Assembly (NCBI RefSeq): GCF_964204645.1
Contig: NC_134036.1
Location: forward strand, 5,796,600-5,860,599
DNA from: Tubulanus polymorphus
Lineage: Eukaryota > Animalia > Nemertea
Direction of reading: 5' to 3'
Length of the DNA: 64,000 bases
Below, in pieces: positions 24,379-36,859 of this stretch; the first letter of the stretch is position 1, and every line of letters begins with the position of its first letter. Both the position numbers and the translations under genes were made by a program. The notes under the pieces were generated by a model, which did no database searches, was not told the DNA's origin, and saw only the letters and a list, made by a program, of their open reading frames with translations.

Positions 24379-25683
24379 TATTCTGTTTATGGTTATTACT
24401 CATTGGCCTCGAAGACGCGTCGAGCGTTTTTGGCCCTTGCCAAATCGGTCCCGACTGCGGGCTCGAGCCCCTCGTAACCGGGCCGAGTTCGACCGAGCTC
24501 GAGCGGATTTTCGTGAATTGCTATTGGTTCCAGTGGTGGCTCACTTCGCTCGGTTCCGAATTAGTGGTTTACGTGTGGGCACACGCTCTTTATGAGGCGC
24601 GGGTCAAATACAGCCGTGACTAACGCGGGCGTTTTTATTTGGCCCGACCACAAATGCGGGACCAGGCCCGAGCCAAATTTTAGCACGGGACAAATGGTTG
24701 CGTTTGATTTCGTAACTCGTACCGAAAATGACCCGCTTCGCATTGTTCAAGCATTAATAGTATCGAGTGAGTGGTTTACGTGTGAGCGCGCTCTCTAATC
24801 AGGGGCGGGCCAAATTCGACTCGGGTCCGATCCGTGCCAATGCGGCCCGTGCCGAATCGTGTCCTGCGATCGCTTATGAACTGGTTTCGCAGGCGATGAA
24901 CTCTCGTGTGGCTTTCGTCGGGTATCCAGCGGCGCGTGTTTCGCAGAGGTCGAGTGTTATCCTCGGAATGGAATGTATAACCATTAAATACGCCATATTC
25001 GGGACGATATTTTAGCCAGGAAATATAATACGAAAATTCTAAACCATCCATAGTAAAATAATTCAACACCCTTTAGATCGTATTTATAAACATTTATTAC
25101 AACATCTTCGGGGACGTTATAATATAACCAGAATTATCAATGGGAAACCGGCACAACAGCTATCCCGTCAGATGGCGCCACTGAGATATCAGACGCACTC
25201 GACCAAAACTAGTTCATTTTCAAGTAACTTTGATCCCAATTTTCGGTCTCCCAATCCAAAGAGTTGGGCAAATCACGCTTCGAAATAAACTCTCATTAGT
25301 CTTTAGAGTTCATACGTGCCACGATTTTCATATATCATGCTTAGAATTTGAGAAATTATCGTTAGATTTTAATTGAGTTTGAGAAGAAATCCAGTGTCGA
25401 TGTCGTATCGTACACTAGCGAACCTGGCGGATTGTGGTGGAATTCCGCTTGCCACAGTAGCGTTGCCGGTACCCCATTGCAACATATGGAAGAAATACAT
25501 TTTGAAAATGAAACGTCGAGCCACCCGTCGTTAAAGTTTTACGTTCGAATTTTTATCACGGGAAGCGCGCGGGAGGCTTTATACGGAGATCATCGACAAA
25601 GAGAGAGAGAGAAACAAACAAACAAACGACAATAAAATTTACAATTGTTCAACGAGAAAAATACGATTCTAAAAGGGAGGAAG

Positions 25684-25938
25684 ATTCAGATTCAGATTTA
25701 ATCTTTTGCTCCAGAAAATATACAATTTTTTCGAGCATAGGATACAATAAAATAAACGATTTACAGTTATACAATTACAGTTACTCCAATTACATTTATA
25801 ATATACAGTAATAGTTTCTTCTTCTGTACATATCATTATACACTCAATTAAAACGTGTGCGCACAGCGATGGCTAGATGAGGCTATGTGCCTTTTCTATA
25901 AATACTGCTAACTTCCTCAAGATGTTTGGGTCTTGTGA
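25684..25938 (-). mobile_element. 3' end remnant of a second LINE
   Basis: Minus-strand frame ending ILRKLAVFIEKAHSLI*, followed by a (CTGAAT)n-type tail at 25684-25700. Confidence 0.45.
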
Positions 25939-25939
25939 T

Positions 25940-27350
25940 AATAATAATAATAATGTTTTATTTACGAATTAAATTACAATATAAAGTAGTAGGAATTAGT
26001 ACAAAATATTGTAAAAAAAGGACGTTGGACGACAGGTGACGTTAAAATAAACTTATTACATGAGAGGCCCAGTCGCCCACACACTCACATTCACGCCCCA
26101 TTCATACCATCCTCCCTCTGCAGGGACTCGAACCTGATGGCATCGCTACACTCAGCCACGGCACGAACCCCTGCATCAGTAGACCGGGTGCGCAGGTACA
26201 TGCGCAGCTTTCCGAACGAAAACTTGCGGCACCAATCAGATTGCTCGTTGTATAATCGTTGAGGCAAATTTCAAGGAAGAACTATAAATGGGAAAACCCG
26301 GGCTAAAATAAAACGGGATTTCTGATTGGCTAAAAATCACATCATCTGAACTGCGCATGTATCTCCGCACACGGTCGATTATGGCAGGGTTTCGTGCCGT
26401 GGCAATCTCGATGCCATCAGGTTCGAATCCCTGCCGGGGAGGATGCATTCATACATACAAGTTACATGACAAAAACATTCAACATAGAAAATATGATAAT
26501 TGCAGGATATTCAGTATATTAGATTGATCAATTAGAAGTACATAATTTCATCTAAACATATTGGGAAATGAGATAATTGTTTACAGTATTTTGAAACGAC
26601 GAGATAGAATGACATAATTTCAGATTTTTCTGCACAGAGATCCAGAGTTTTGGGCCTTTATGGATTATTGTAAATTGCCTATAATTATGCTTTGTGAAAG
26701 TTACATCTAATTCCTTATGTCGACGTGTATTGTGGTCGTACTTCGTTTGTAAATAAATTATTGTATCGCTTAGGAAGTAGGTCATTTATAGATTTAAACA
26801 TGAAGTGTAGAACTTGTTTCATTATTGATATCGAATATTGTGAGTTGTTTCGTAGATTTGAATAATTGTCCTGAATGTTCTAGGTAATGTTCCTTATTTA
26901 TTATGCGCATAGCTTTTTTCAGTAGGATATAGAGATTATTTAGTCTTGAGGGGTAGTTGTTAGCCCAGACGATATTACAGTATTGTATGTGAGGTAATGC
27001 TAATGATTGATATATTGTTTTTAAGGTGTAATTAGGAAGTTTATGTTTTAGTTTGCTAAGGATAAAAGGTATTCTGCGAAATTTAATTTCAACTTGATGT
27101 ATGTGGTGTTCCCAGGTGATTTTGTCGTCAATTATAACGCCTACAAATTTGGCAGCTGTCACCTTTTTTATTTCTTCATCATCAATGCATAGTTTAATGG
27201 TCTTCGTTATTTTAAATCTTCCCGAGAATAATAAGAGGTTGGTCTTATCGATATTCAAAGATAGTTTATTTGCGGAAAGCCACTTGCTTACTAATTTTAA
27301 TTCATAGTTCATTTCGGTTTCGATGGTTTTAGGACATCTATGATGTAAAA
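25940..27350 (-). mobile_element. 5'-truncated non-LTR retrotransposon (CR1/L2-like ORF2 RT C-terminus), degenerate
   Basis: ORF 26794-27312 has WLSANKLSLNIDKT and KFVGVIIDDKITWEHHI. It continues after a frameshift in 26552-26785 (HNTR...GPKLW...SSFQ). AATAAA plus (ATT)n tail near 25940-25965. Confidence 0.85.
26108..26445. mobile_element. Mutator-like MITE with 9-bp target-site duplication
   Basis: TIRs catcctccc...gggaggatg; CATTCATAC duplicated at 26099-26107 and 26446-26454; inserted in a LINE 3' region. Confidence 0.85.
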
Positions 27351-29201
27351 TGATTTACAAATTTTCTTAAGTTAGGGATATTTACTAATTGTTGCATTCA
27401 TTATTGTTTGTTATTAATCTATTCCATACCGTCAAACGACCGACTGGCTGGCTTGCTGGTTGACCGACTAACTGACTGGCCGGCTGAGGGACTGACCGAC
27501 TGCAATTTCTTGCAATTCATTGAAAATTGCTTTAATTTTATAATTTGCGAATTCGTTCTGCGGCGTTTAAACGAGCGGGCTGAAATTTTTTCAGACACAA
27601 AATCACATCGACTCTCATGTCTCATACTGCGGATAAGTTGAGACCGGTAAAATTCTACCCCGAGTTGGTGTCTAATACTGAGTAAGAATTTGCGAAAAGA
27701 TTATGCCTCTTAAAGCGGTTAAGTTGAGACTGGTAAAATTCAACCCTGAGTTGGTGTCAAATACTGAGTAAGAGTTTGTGAAATAACGTTATACGTAGAT
27801 AGCACTCGCGTCAATCACCTAATTTCAAGTCGATTGAACACAATTTCTGTATATCAACATCAAGCTTCGTTGAATAAAAATAATAGCGCCTTTTTAATAA
27901 CTTGGAGAATGGATTTTTCAACAACAACAAAAAATTTTCGGGAGGGAGAATTAATGGAAAAATAAAAAGACGGTAATCAAAACTTGAATTTTTTGCCTTT
28001 TTAGAGGGGTATATGAAAAAATAAATCGGATACAGTTTCGTTGATTCGAGAATTTTCTAGATAAAATCTTCAAGTTAAAGAAGAGTGAAAATTGAGATGA
28101 ATTGAATTCGAATTATGGACGAAATGAAGAAAGCTAAGTTTTTGGCGAATCATTAGATCAAAAACAACGACGGAAATGAAAATTTCTGGATTTTTTTAAT
28201 TCAAAACGCAACAAAGGACTAGAGAAATAGAGTAAACTCTATTACTGCGGTAAAGTAGAGACTGGAAAATCTAACCCTAAGTTGAAGACAAATACTAAGT
28301 AAGAGTTTGTGTAATACAGTAGACTCTGTCTTACCGCGGTAAAGTTGAGACTGATAAAATTCTACCCCGAGTTGGTGTCAAATACAGAGTAAGAGTTTGT
28401 GAAATACAGTAGACTCTGTCTCTTACCGCGGTAAAGTTGAGACTGGTAAATTCTACCCCGAGTTGGTGTCAAATACTGAGTAAGAGTTTGTGAAATACAG
28501 TAGACTCTGTCTCTTACTGCGGTAAAGCTGAGACCATTGAAATTCTACTCCGAGGTGGTGTCAGAAACAGATAAAGAATTTGCTAAATACGATGGACTCG
28601 GTCCCTCGCCAGCTTAAGTAATGATTGTTAGAATTCTGCCTCAAGTCGGTTTCAGATACACGGTTTACGGATTAAAGGTTTGTGAAATACAGCAGACTTT
28701 GTCTTTGACTTGGTTCAAATGGGGACACAATGCCCAACCGCGTCAAGGCAGAACATATATACTACACATTAGAAGTTGAAACCAACTTTGTGAATTTACT
28801 AGCATGTTTTACTTTATATTTCGCAGATATATAATTCTACAGCAAGATATATGCGCGTGATTTTTTTCACTGTCGATTCAGATCTAGCTATATTCAATAT
28901 TGGAATGTAGTATATGGGTAGAGGTTCGCTACACTGAAATTGCAGGTTTATTTTGCTTCGCTGTCGGGTGTCAAATCGAGAACTGCTTATTTCGACTTCT
29001 AAAGTCTCTCAGCGTCAGCGCGCATTTGACTCTGTTCAGTTTGTTGGTTTTACCTCCGTTAAAATCTACGCAGGTTTTGCAAATGGGAAATCGCTTATAA
29101 CTTGTGATGTCGTTGGTACTTTGTACAACGATAGATTTGGAAGATTAAACCGATTGTTTCTCTTTTAACAATCACTGATTGTGTGTTGTGTACAGTCTAA
29201 A

Positions 29202-30329
29202 ATGATGACTCCAGAAAATATATCGGTTGGCGCTCAGTTTCTCGACCTCAACGGATCGGACCTGACAACCAGCACTGAGAAGGCAGGGTTTAAACCTCAT
29301 CCGCGGTGTAAATACATCCATCACGCCGATTACAAACCGTTTCACGTGAATCTCTATCTACAGATTACAACGCACGTCGTTTTTAGCATCGCCATCTTCG
29401 GTTTCGGCTCCAATTTACTGTCTTTTATCATTCTCAGTAAAGAACGTTCTAACAACACCAGTATATTCTATTTGAGGTGTTTGGCTGTTTCTGACACGTT
29501 CACTTGTTTGTCTTATATCGTATTTGACTTTCAGTATCGGCTCTACAGTCATACAATGTTACTGGACATGACTGCTGAAATAAACCACGTTATGAAGCGC
29601 ATGTATTCATACACTCAATTCATTCGACTTTTGTTTTCAGATATCAGTGATCTGATAACATTGTTAATAGCTATAGACAGATATATCGTTGTTTGTTTGC
29701 CTTTAAAAACTGTTAGAATTATAAGTATGAAAAGAAGTTGTATCTACATCACGTTTGTACTGGTCATTTCAGTTTGTAATCAGTCAAGGAATTATGTCAA
29801 ATATTATACACGTCGGTCTATTAATCCGTGCACTGGACACGAGAGATGGACTCAGAAGTTGACTCCATTTGCTAAAAACATTTATTTGAGATATTATGAA
29901 GTTTTTGTTCGCGCTCCTATATTCACTATACTCCCGACAGTGATAGTGGTTCTAATAACTATCCGATTGATTTTCACGTTGAGACGCGCAGGAGCAGCAA
30001 GAAAAACCATGTCTACAAATAATCAAACTTCTAACAGCAGCAGCAGCAGCAGCAGCAGTGACCGTAGTTTAACTCTGACGTTAATTCTCATTTCATGTTT
30101 CTATTTACTGAAAAAGGCTTTTGATCTCAGAGCATCGATCCACAATCTAATTCTTACTCTCAACGGAAAACTCGGTAAAGGCTCTTCAGGCGCAATGTTC
30201 AACCAAATTAAAAATATAGTCAGAATGATCGTAGCGTCTTGTAATTTCGTCATTTATTGCGCTTCGAGGCGTCGCTTTCGAAATCAACTGAAAGCGATGT
30301 TTTCGATTGCGAAGAAAAACAACGATTGA
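29202..30329 (+). CDS. Intronless class A GPCR, FMRFamide-receptor-like / Srw-type, copy 1 (375 aa)
   Basis: Seven hydrophobic segments, YLRCLAVSD in TM2, AIDRYIVVCLP, TM7 SCNFVIYC plus RRRFR helix 8; first ATG at 29202. Confidence 0.92.
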   Translation: MMTPENISVGAQFLDLNGSDLTTSTEKAGFKPHPRCKYIHHADYKPFHVNLYLQITTHVVFSIAIFGFGSNLLSFIILSKERSNNTSIFYLRCLAVSDTFTCLSYIVFDFQYRLYSHTMLLDMTAEINHVMKRMYSYTQFIRLLFSDISDLITLLIAIDRYIVVCLPLKTVRIISMKRSCIYITFVLVISVCNQSRNYVKYYTRRSINPCTGHERWTQKLTPFAKNIYLRYYEVFVRAPIFTILPTVIVVLITIRLIFTLRRAGAARKTMSTNNQTSNSSSSSSSSDRSLTLTLILISCFYLLKKAFDLRASIHNLILTLNGKLGKGSSGAMFNQIKNIVRMIVASCNFVIYCASRRRFRNQLKAMFSIAKKNND

Positions 30330-31753
30330 TTGAACAAAACGACAGTTAACGACACGAAATACCGTTTTTTATACAGCACTCGCGTCAATCACCTAATTTC
30401 AAGTCGTTTGAACATAATTTCTATATATCAACATCAAGCTTCGTTGAATAAAAATAACCGCGCCTTTTTAATAACTTGGAGTACGGATTTTTCAACCAAA
30501 AAAAAAATATTCGGGAGGGAGAATTAAAGGAAAAATAAAAAGAAGGTAATTAAAACTTGAATTATAGGCGTTTTTTGAGGGGTATCGGAAAAAAATAAAT
30601 CGAATACAGTTTCGTTGTAGGATTCGAGAATTTTCTAGATAAAATCTTCAAGTTAAAGAAGAGTGAAAAATTGCGATGAATTGAGAAACTAAGTATTTGG
30701 CGAATCATAAGATCAAAAATAACGACGGAAATGAAAATTTCTGGATTTTTTAAATTCACGATCCAAACGCAACAAAGGACTATGAAGAAATTTATTCTTT
30801 TCATAAATTGGATTTTTGTTTTATTTTGATGGAATTCTGCAGGGCAGGATCCGGCCTCGATTTGGATCAGTGATATTCACAGCTTCAGAAACGGTAACCT
30901 AACCCTAATTTAACAATAATGTTTATTCACGTTTCATTTTTTTCATAAATTGCAGGAAATAGAGTAAACTCTATTACTGCAGTAAAGTAGAGACTGGAGA
31001 AATAAAACCCTAAGTTGAAGACAAATACTAAGTAAGAGTTTGTGAAATACAGTAGATTCTGTCTCTTACTGCGGTAAAGCTGAGACCATTGAAATTCTAC
31101 CCCGAGTTGGTGTCAGAAACAGATAAAGAATTTGCTAAACACGATGGACTCGGTCCCTCGCCAGCTTAAGTTATGATTGTTAGAATTCTGCCTCAAGTCG
31201 GTTTCAGATACACGGTTTACAGATTAAAGGTTTGTGAAATACAGCAGACTTTGTCTTTGACTTGGTTCAAATGGGGACACAATGTCCCATCGGGTCAAGG
31301 CAGAACATATATACTACACATTAGAAGTTGAAACCAACTTTGTGAATTTACTAGCATGTTTTACTTTATATTTCGCAGATACATAATTCTACAGCAAGAT
31401 ATATGCGCGTGATTTTTTTTCACTGTCGATTCAGATGTAGCTATATCCGATATCCGAATGTAATATATGGGTAAAAGTTCGCTATACTGAAATTGCAGGT
31501 TAATTTTCCTCGCTGTCGGGCGTCAACTCGGGAACTGCTTATTTCGACTTCTAAAGTCTCTCAGCGTCAACGCGCACTTGACTCTGGTCACTTCGTTGGT
31601 TTTACCTCCTATAATATCTACGCAGATTTTGCAAATGGGAAATCGCTAATAACTTGAGATGTCGTTGGTACTTTGTACAACGATGGATTTGGAAGATTAA
31701 ACCGATTGTTTCTCTATTGACAATCAGTGATTGTGTGTTGTGTTCAGTCTGAA

Positions 31754-32884
31754 ATGATGACTCAAGAAAATATATCGGTTGGCGCTCAGTTTCTCGACCT
31801 CAACGGATCTGACCTGACAACAACCAGCACTGAGAAGGCAGGGTTTAAACCTCATCCGCGGTGTAAATTCATTCATCATTCTGATTACAAACCGTTTCAC
31901 GTGAATCTGTATCTACAGATTACAACGCACGTCGTTTTTAGCATTGCCATCTTCGGTTTCGGTACAAATTTACTGTCTTTTATCATTCTCAGTAAAGAAC
32001 GTTCAATCAACACCAGTATATTCTATTTGAGGTGTTTGGCTATTTCGGATATGTTTATTTGTTTGTCTTATATCGTATTTGACTTTCATTATCGGCTCTA
32101 CAGTCACACGCTGTTACTGGACATGGCTGCTGAAATAAACCACGTTATGAAGCGCATTTATTCATACACTCAATTCATTCGACTTATTTCTTCAAATATC
32201 AGTGATATGATAACATTGTTAATAGCTATAGACAGATATATCGTTGTTTGTTGGCCTTTAAAAACTGTTAGAATTATAAGTATGAAAAGAAGTTGTATCT
32301 ACATCACGTTTGTACTGGTCATTTCGGTTTGTGATCAGTCAAGGAATTATTTCAAATATTATACACGTCGGTCTATTAATCCGTGCACTGGACACGAGAG
32401 ATGGACTCAGAAGTTGACTCCATTTGCTAAAAACATTTATTTGAGATATTATGAAGTTTTTGTTCGCGCTCCTATATTCACTATACTCCCGACAGTGATA
32501 GTGGTTCTAATAACTATCCGATTGATTTTCACGTTGAGACGCGCAGGAGCAGCGAGAAAAACCATGTCTACAAATAATCAAACTTCTAACAGCAGCAGCA
32601 GCAGCAGCAACAGTGACAGTAGTTTAACTCTGACGTTAGTTCTCATTTCGTGTTTCTATTTACTGAAAAAAGCTTTTGATCTCAGAGCATCGTTCCAAAA
32701 TCTAATTCTCACTCTCAACGGAAAACTTGGTAAAGGCTCATTATTTACAATTATGAACCAAATTCAAAATATAGTCAGAATGATCGTAGCGTCTTGTAAT
32801 TTCGTCATTTATTGCGCTTCGAGGCGTCGCTTTCGAAATCGACTGAAAGCGATGTTTTCGATTGCGAAGAAAAACAACGATTGA
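31754..32884 (+). CDS. Intronless class A GPCR, FMRFamide-receptor-like / Srw-type, copy 2 (376 aa)
   Basis: Near-identical tandem paralogue of 29202-30329 with the same motifs. Confidence 0.92.
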   Translation: MMTQENISVGAQFLDLNGSDLTTTSTEKAGFKPHPRCKFIHHSDYKPFHVNLYLQITTHVVFSIAIFGFGTNLLSFIILSKERSINTSIFYLRCLAISDMFICLSYIVFDFHYRLYSHTLLLDMAAEINHVMKRIYSYTQFIRLISSNISDMITLLIAIDRYIVVCWPLKTVRIISMKRSCIYITFVLVISVCDQSRNYFKYYTRRSINPCTGHERWTQKLTPFAKNIYLRYYEVFVRAPIFTILPTVIVVLITIRLIFTLRRAGAARKTMSTNNQTSNSSSSSSNSDSSLTLTLVLISCFYLLKKAFDLRASFQNLILTLNGKLGKGSLFTIMNQIQNIVRMIVASCNFVIYCASRRRFRNRLKAMFSIAKKNND

Positions 32885-34080
32885 TTGAACAAAACGACAG
32901 TTAACGACACGACCTCGAATTGTTGATACAGAACCAAACTTTCCTAAATGGCCATATAACAGGCCCGTACCCACGGGGTGCCTTGGATGTGAACGCATCT
33001 CCCCAGAAGTTCCAAAGTTCCACTATATTTCGTCACAAAGAGCATTTATTGAACTACCCATTAGTGTTTGTTCAACTGACTTCGTTATATGAAATATTCA
33101 CTAACATTGGCTGGAAATGTCTCCAAAATTCCCGACGTCAAATAAGTTTCAATTCGCGTCCGGCCAAAGTACAGTCATTAAGTCATGCCTTAACTTTTTC
33201 TCTTACTGCGATGAAGTTGAGACTGGTAAAATTCTACCCCGAGTTGGTGTCAAATACTGAGTAACAGTTTGTGAAATACAGTAGACTCTGTCTCTTACTG
33301 CGGTATAGTTGAGACCAGTAAAATTCTACCCCGAGTCGGTGTCAAATACCGAGTAAGAGTTTGTAAAATACAGTAGACTCTGTCTCTTACTGCAGTAAAG
33401 TTGAGACCAGTAAAATTCTACCCCGAGTTGGTGTCAAATACTGAGTAAGTTTTCGTGAAATACCGTTTTTTATACAGCACTCGCGTCAATCACCTAATTT
33501 CAAGTCGTTTGAACATAATTTCTATATATCAACATCAAGCTTCGTTGAATAAAAATAACCGCGCCTTTTTAATAACTTGGAGTACGGATTTTTCAACCAA
33601 AAAAAAAATATTCGGGAGGGAGAATTAAAGGAAAAATAAAAAGAAGGTAATTAAAACTTGAATTATAGGCGTTTTTTGAGGGGTATCGGAAAAAAATAAA
33701 TCGAATACAGTTTCGTTGTAGTATTCGAGAATTTTCTAGATAAAATCTTCAAGTTAAAGAAGAGTGAAAAATTGCGATGAATTGAGAAACTAAGTATTTG
33801 GCGAATCATAAGATCAAAAATAACGACGGAAATGAAAATTTCTGGATTTTTTAAATTCACGATCCAAACGCAACAAAGGACTATGAAGAAATTTATTCTT
33901 TTCATAAATTGGATTTTTGTTTTATTTTGATGGAATTCCGCAGGGCAGGATCCGGACTCGATTTGGATCAGTGATATTCACAGCTTCAGAAACGGTAACC
34001 TAACCCTAATTTAACAATAATGTTTATTCACATTTCATTTTTTTTCATAAATTGCAAGAAAAAGAGTAAACTCATGTAAA

Positions 34081-34548
34081 GACATGACTCTTGAAATGAA
34101 CCACGTTATGAAGCGCATTTATTCATACACTCAATTCATTCGACTTATTTCTTCAAATATCAGTGATCTGATAACATTGTTAATAGCTATAGACAGATAT
34201 ATCGTTGTTTGTTTGCCTTTAAAAACTGTTTGAATAATAAGTATGAAAAGAAGTTGTATCTACATCACGTTTGTACTGGTCATTTCAGTTTGTGATCAGA
34301 CTAGGAATTTTTTCAAATATAATACAAGTTGGTCTATTAATCCGTGCACTGGATACGAGAGATGGAATCAGAGGTTGACTCCATTTGCAAAAAACATTTA
34401 TTTGAAATATTATGAAGTTTTTGTTCGCGCTCCTATATTTGCTATACTACCGACGGTGATAGTGGTTCTAATAACTATTCGATTGATTTTCACGTTGAGA
34501 CGCGCAGGTGCAGCGAGAAAAACCATGTCTACAAATAATCAAACTCCT

Positions 34549-34617
<69 letters not shown>

Positions 34618-34878
34618 GACCGTAGTTTAACTCTGACGTTAATTCTCATTTCATGTTTCTATTTACTGAAAAAAGCTTTTGTTCTCAGAGCATCGATCCA
34701 AAATCTAATTCTTACTCTCAACGGAAAACTCGGTAAAGGCGCAATGTTGAACCAAATTCAAAATATAGTCAGAGTGATCGTCGCGTCTTGTAATTTCGTC
34801 ATTTATTGCGCTTCGAGGCGTCGCTTTCGAAATCAACTGAAAGCGACGTTTTCGATTACGAAGAAAAACAACGATTGA
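34081..34878 (+). pseudogene. Truncated third GPCR copy
   Basis: Homology starts abruptly in ECL1 (DMTLEMNHVMKR), so the N-terminus, TM1 and TM2 are missing; AGA>TGA at 34231-34233; ICL3 poly-Ser expanded to 22. Confidence 0.88.
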
Positions 34879-35324
34879 TTGTACAAAACGACAGTTAACG
34901 ACACGACCTCGAATAAAGAAGTTTCCAGTTTCTAGGCGCCATTATGTGGCGGTCCCTCGAGGTGCCCATTGTTGCGATAATTTGCGCTCATTTTTAAAAC
35001 ATAAGTTTAGATCGAATATCATATAGTTCTGCAGTCCTTTGCTCGACGAAATTAATTTATACACCATTTTAAAGGAAATGAAATGCAGATATTTGCTGGC
35101 GTTTTTTTGAATTTTTGAACGCAACAATTGAGAACAGTGACGATGTGAAACCAAGGACCGCATATCTTAACCCTGCGTAAAACAAGTCGCAACATTTATA
35201 AATTTTGAGATATCCTAGTATCTCTTGAAGCTATATTTCCTTTTTTCACAGAGGTTAAAGAGGGTAATTTGCAGTTTAAGCCTGAGTTTAAGTCTTTTGG
35301 ATATCTCTCCTGTAGACTGATCTG

Positions 35325-35730
35325 TACCCGCGATGAAGTTGAGACTGGTAAAATTCTACCCCAAGTTGGTGTCAAATACTGAGTAAGAGCTCGTGAAATT
35401 TCAGTAGACTCTGTCTCTTACTGTGGTAAAGTTGAGACTGGCAAAACTCTACCCCGAATTGGTGTCAAATACTAAGTAAGAGTTTGTGAAATACAGTAGA
35501 CTCTGTCTCCTTGTGCGGTAAAGTTGCGACTGGTAAAACTCTACCCCGAGTCGGTGTCAAATACTGAGTAAGAGATTGTGAAATACAGTAGACTCTGTCT
35601 CTTACTGCGGTAAAGTTGAGACTGGTAAAATTCTACCTCAAGTTGGTGTCAAATACTGAGTAACAGTTTGTGAAATACAGTAGACTCTGTCGCTTACTGT
35701 GGTAAGGTAAGAGTTTGTGAAATACAGTAA
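35325..35730 (+). repeat. 90-bp dispersed satellite array, about 4.5 copies
   Basis: Same unit as 12090-12490. Confidence 0.9.
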
Positions 35731-36266
35731 CGTAGATAGCTAGGGCTGTCGCCATAGACCTAGTCACACCGGGAACAGTTATAACTGTCATTTTCAAATA
35801 AACACCGAAGATCGATGGAATGATTCCGCTTAAAACGTTAGAAAATAAACGATTATAACTGCAGTTGTTCGAATTTATATGACGTGTGGGTTTCTGTCGA
35901 TTAAGGTCCTCGCGGTGAGTAACGTTACCTCGCGCTCGCACGTGCTACGTGTCTAATTAAACGCGTAAGATCGATGGCCCGCACACCTGTAGCGCGACAC
36001 GCGGTCACATTTTAATTCCCCGGTGATTGTTGCCGGTGCGTACGTGTCCTTTGTCTCGTTCGTAATGGGCGCGCATCATTTTTCCGAAGCGTTGGATTTT
36101 TATGCGGCCTCGAGCCCATCTGCGCGCACCGCACGGGTTGAATCATCGCGTGTACGTGGGAACACAACCGATTAAAAACTCGTGCTGTTTATTAACGCGT
36201 TTATATATAGGTGTTCACACGTGTGTATATAAAGGAATTCGAAGATCGGACTCGGGACTTCATTTG

Positions 36267-36490
36267 CTATAGGTTTTGAGGCGAAGGGGAGATGAGTTGA
36301 GAGTCTACATGTTTATATTTCTAGTCTTTGGACGTCATTTTCTATAGCCTTTGAGGCGAAGGGGAGATGAGTTGAGAGACTACATGTTTATATTTCTAGT
36401 CTTTGGACGTCATTTTCTATAGCTTTTGAGAGGAAGGGGAGATGAGTTGAGAGTCTACAAGTTTATATTTCCAGACTTCAGAATTTCATT
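36267..36490. repeat. 75-bp tandem repeat, 3 copies
   Basis: ctatag at 36267, 36342 and 36417 with the unit ...gaggcgaagggggagatgagttgagag... Confidence 0.9.
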
Positions 36491-36859
36491 GAGCGAACTC
36501 ACAATATACATCATAATTAATGCATCATAACTATACACCATAACTAATCATAATTTCACTGCATCGTTGAAGTTATCGAGAATGAGAAGGTCGTCATTAG
36601 TAACTAATCATAATTCTACTGAATCGTCGAAGTTATCGAGAATGAGAAGGTCGTAATTAGGAACTTATCGCAATTTTACTGAATCGTTGAAGTTTTGGTT
36701 GATGTTATTGAGAATTAGCAAGTCGTCAAAATAGTAACCGATCATAATTTTGCTGAATTTCTGACGCAATTGAGAATGAGATGGTCCTCTTTATTACTAT
36801 ACTGAATCGTATAAGTAATTGACATTGAGAACGTTCAGGCACTCAAAGATTATGTGGAA

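Noticed and set aside
30562-30804. Duplicated 80-aa ORF with a hydrophobic start (also 33663-33905)
   Set aside because: Lies in the AT-rich block copied with the GPCR units; the older copy near 27990-28220 is disrupted.
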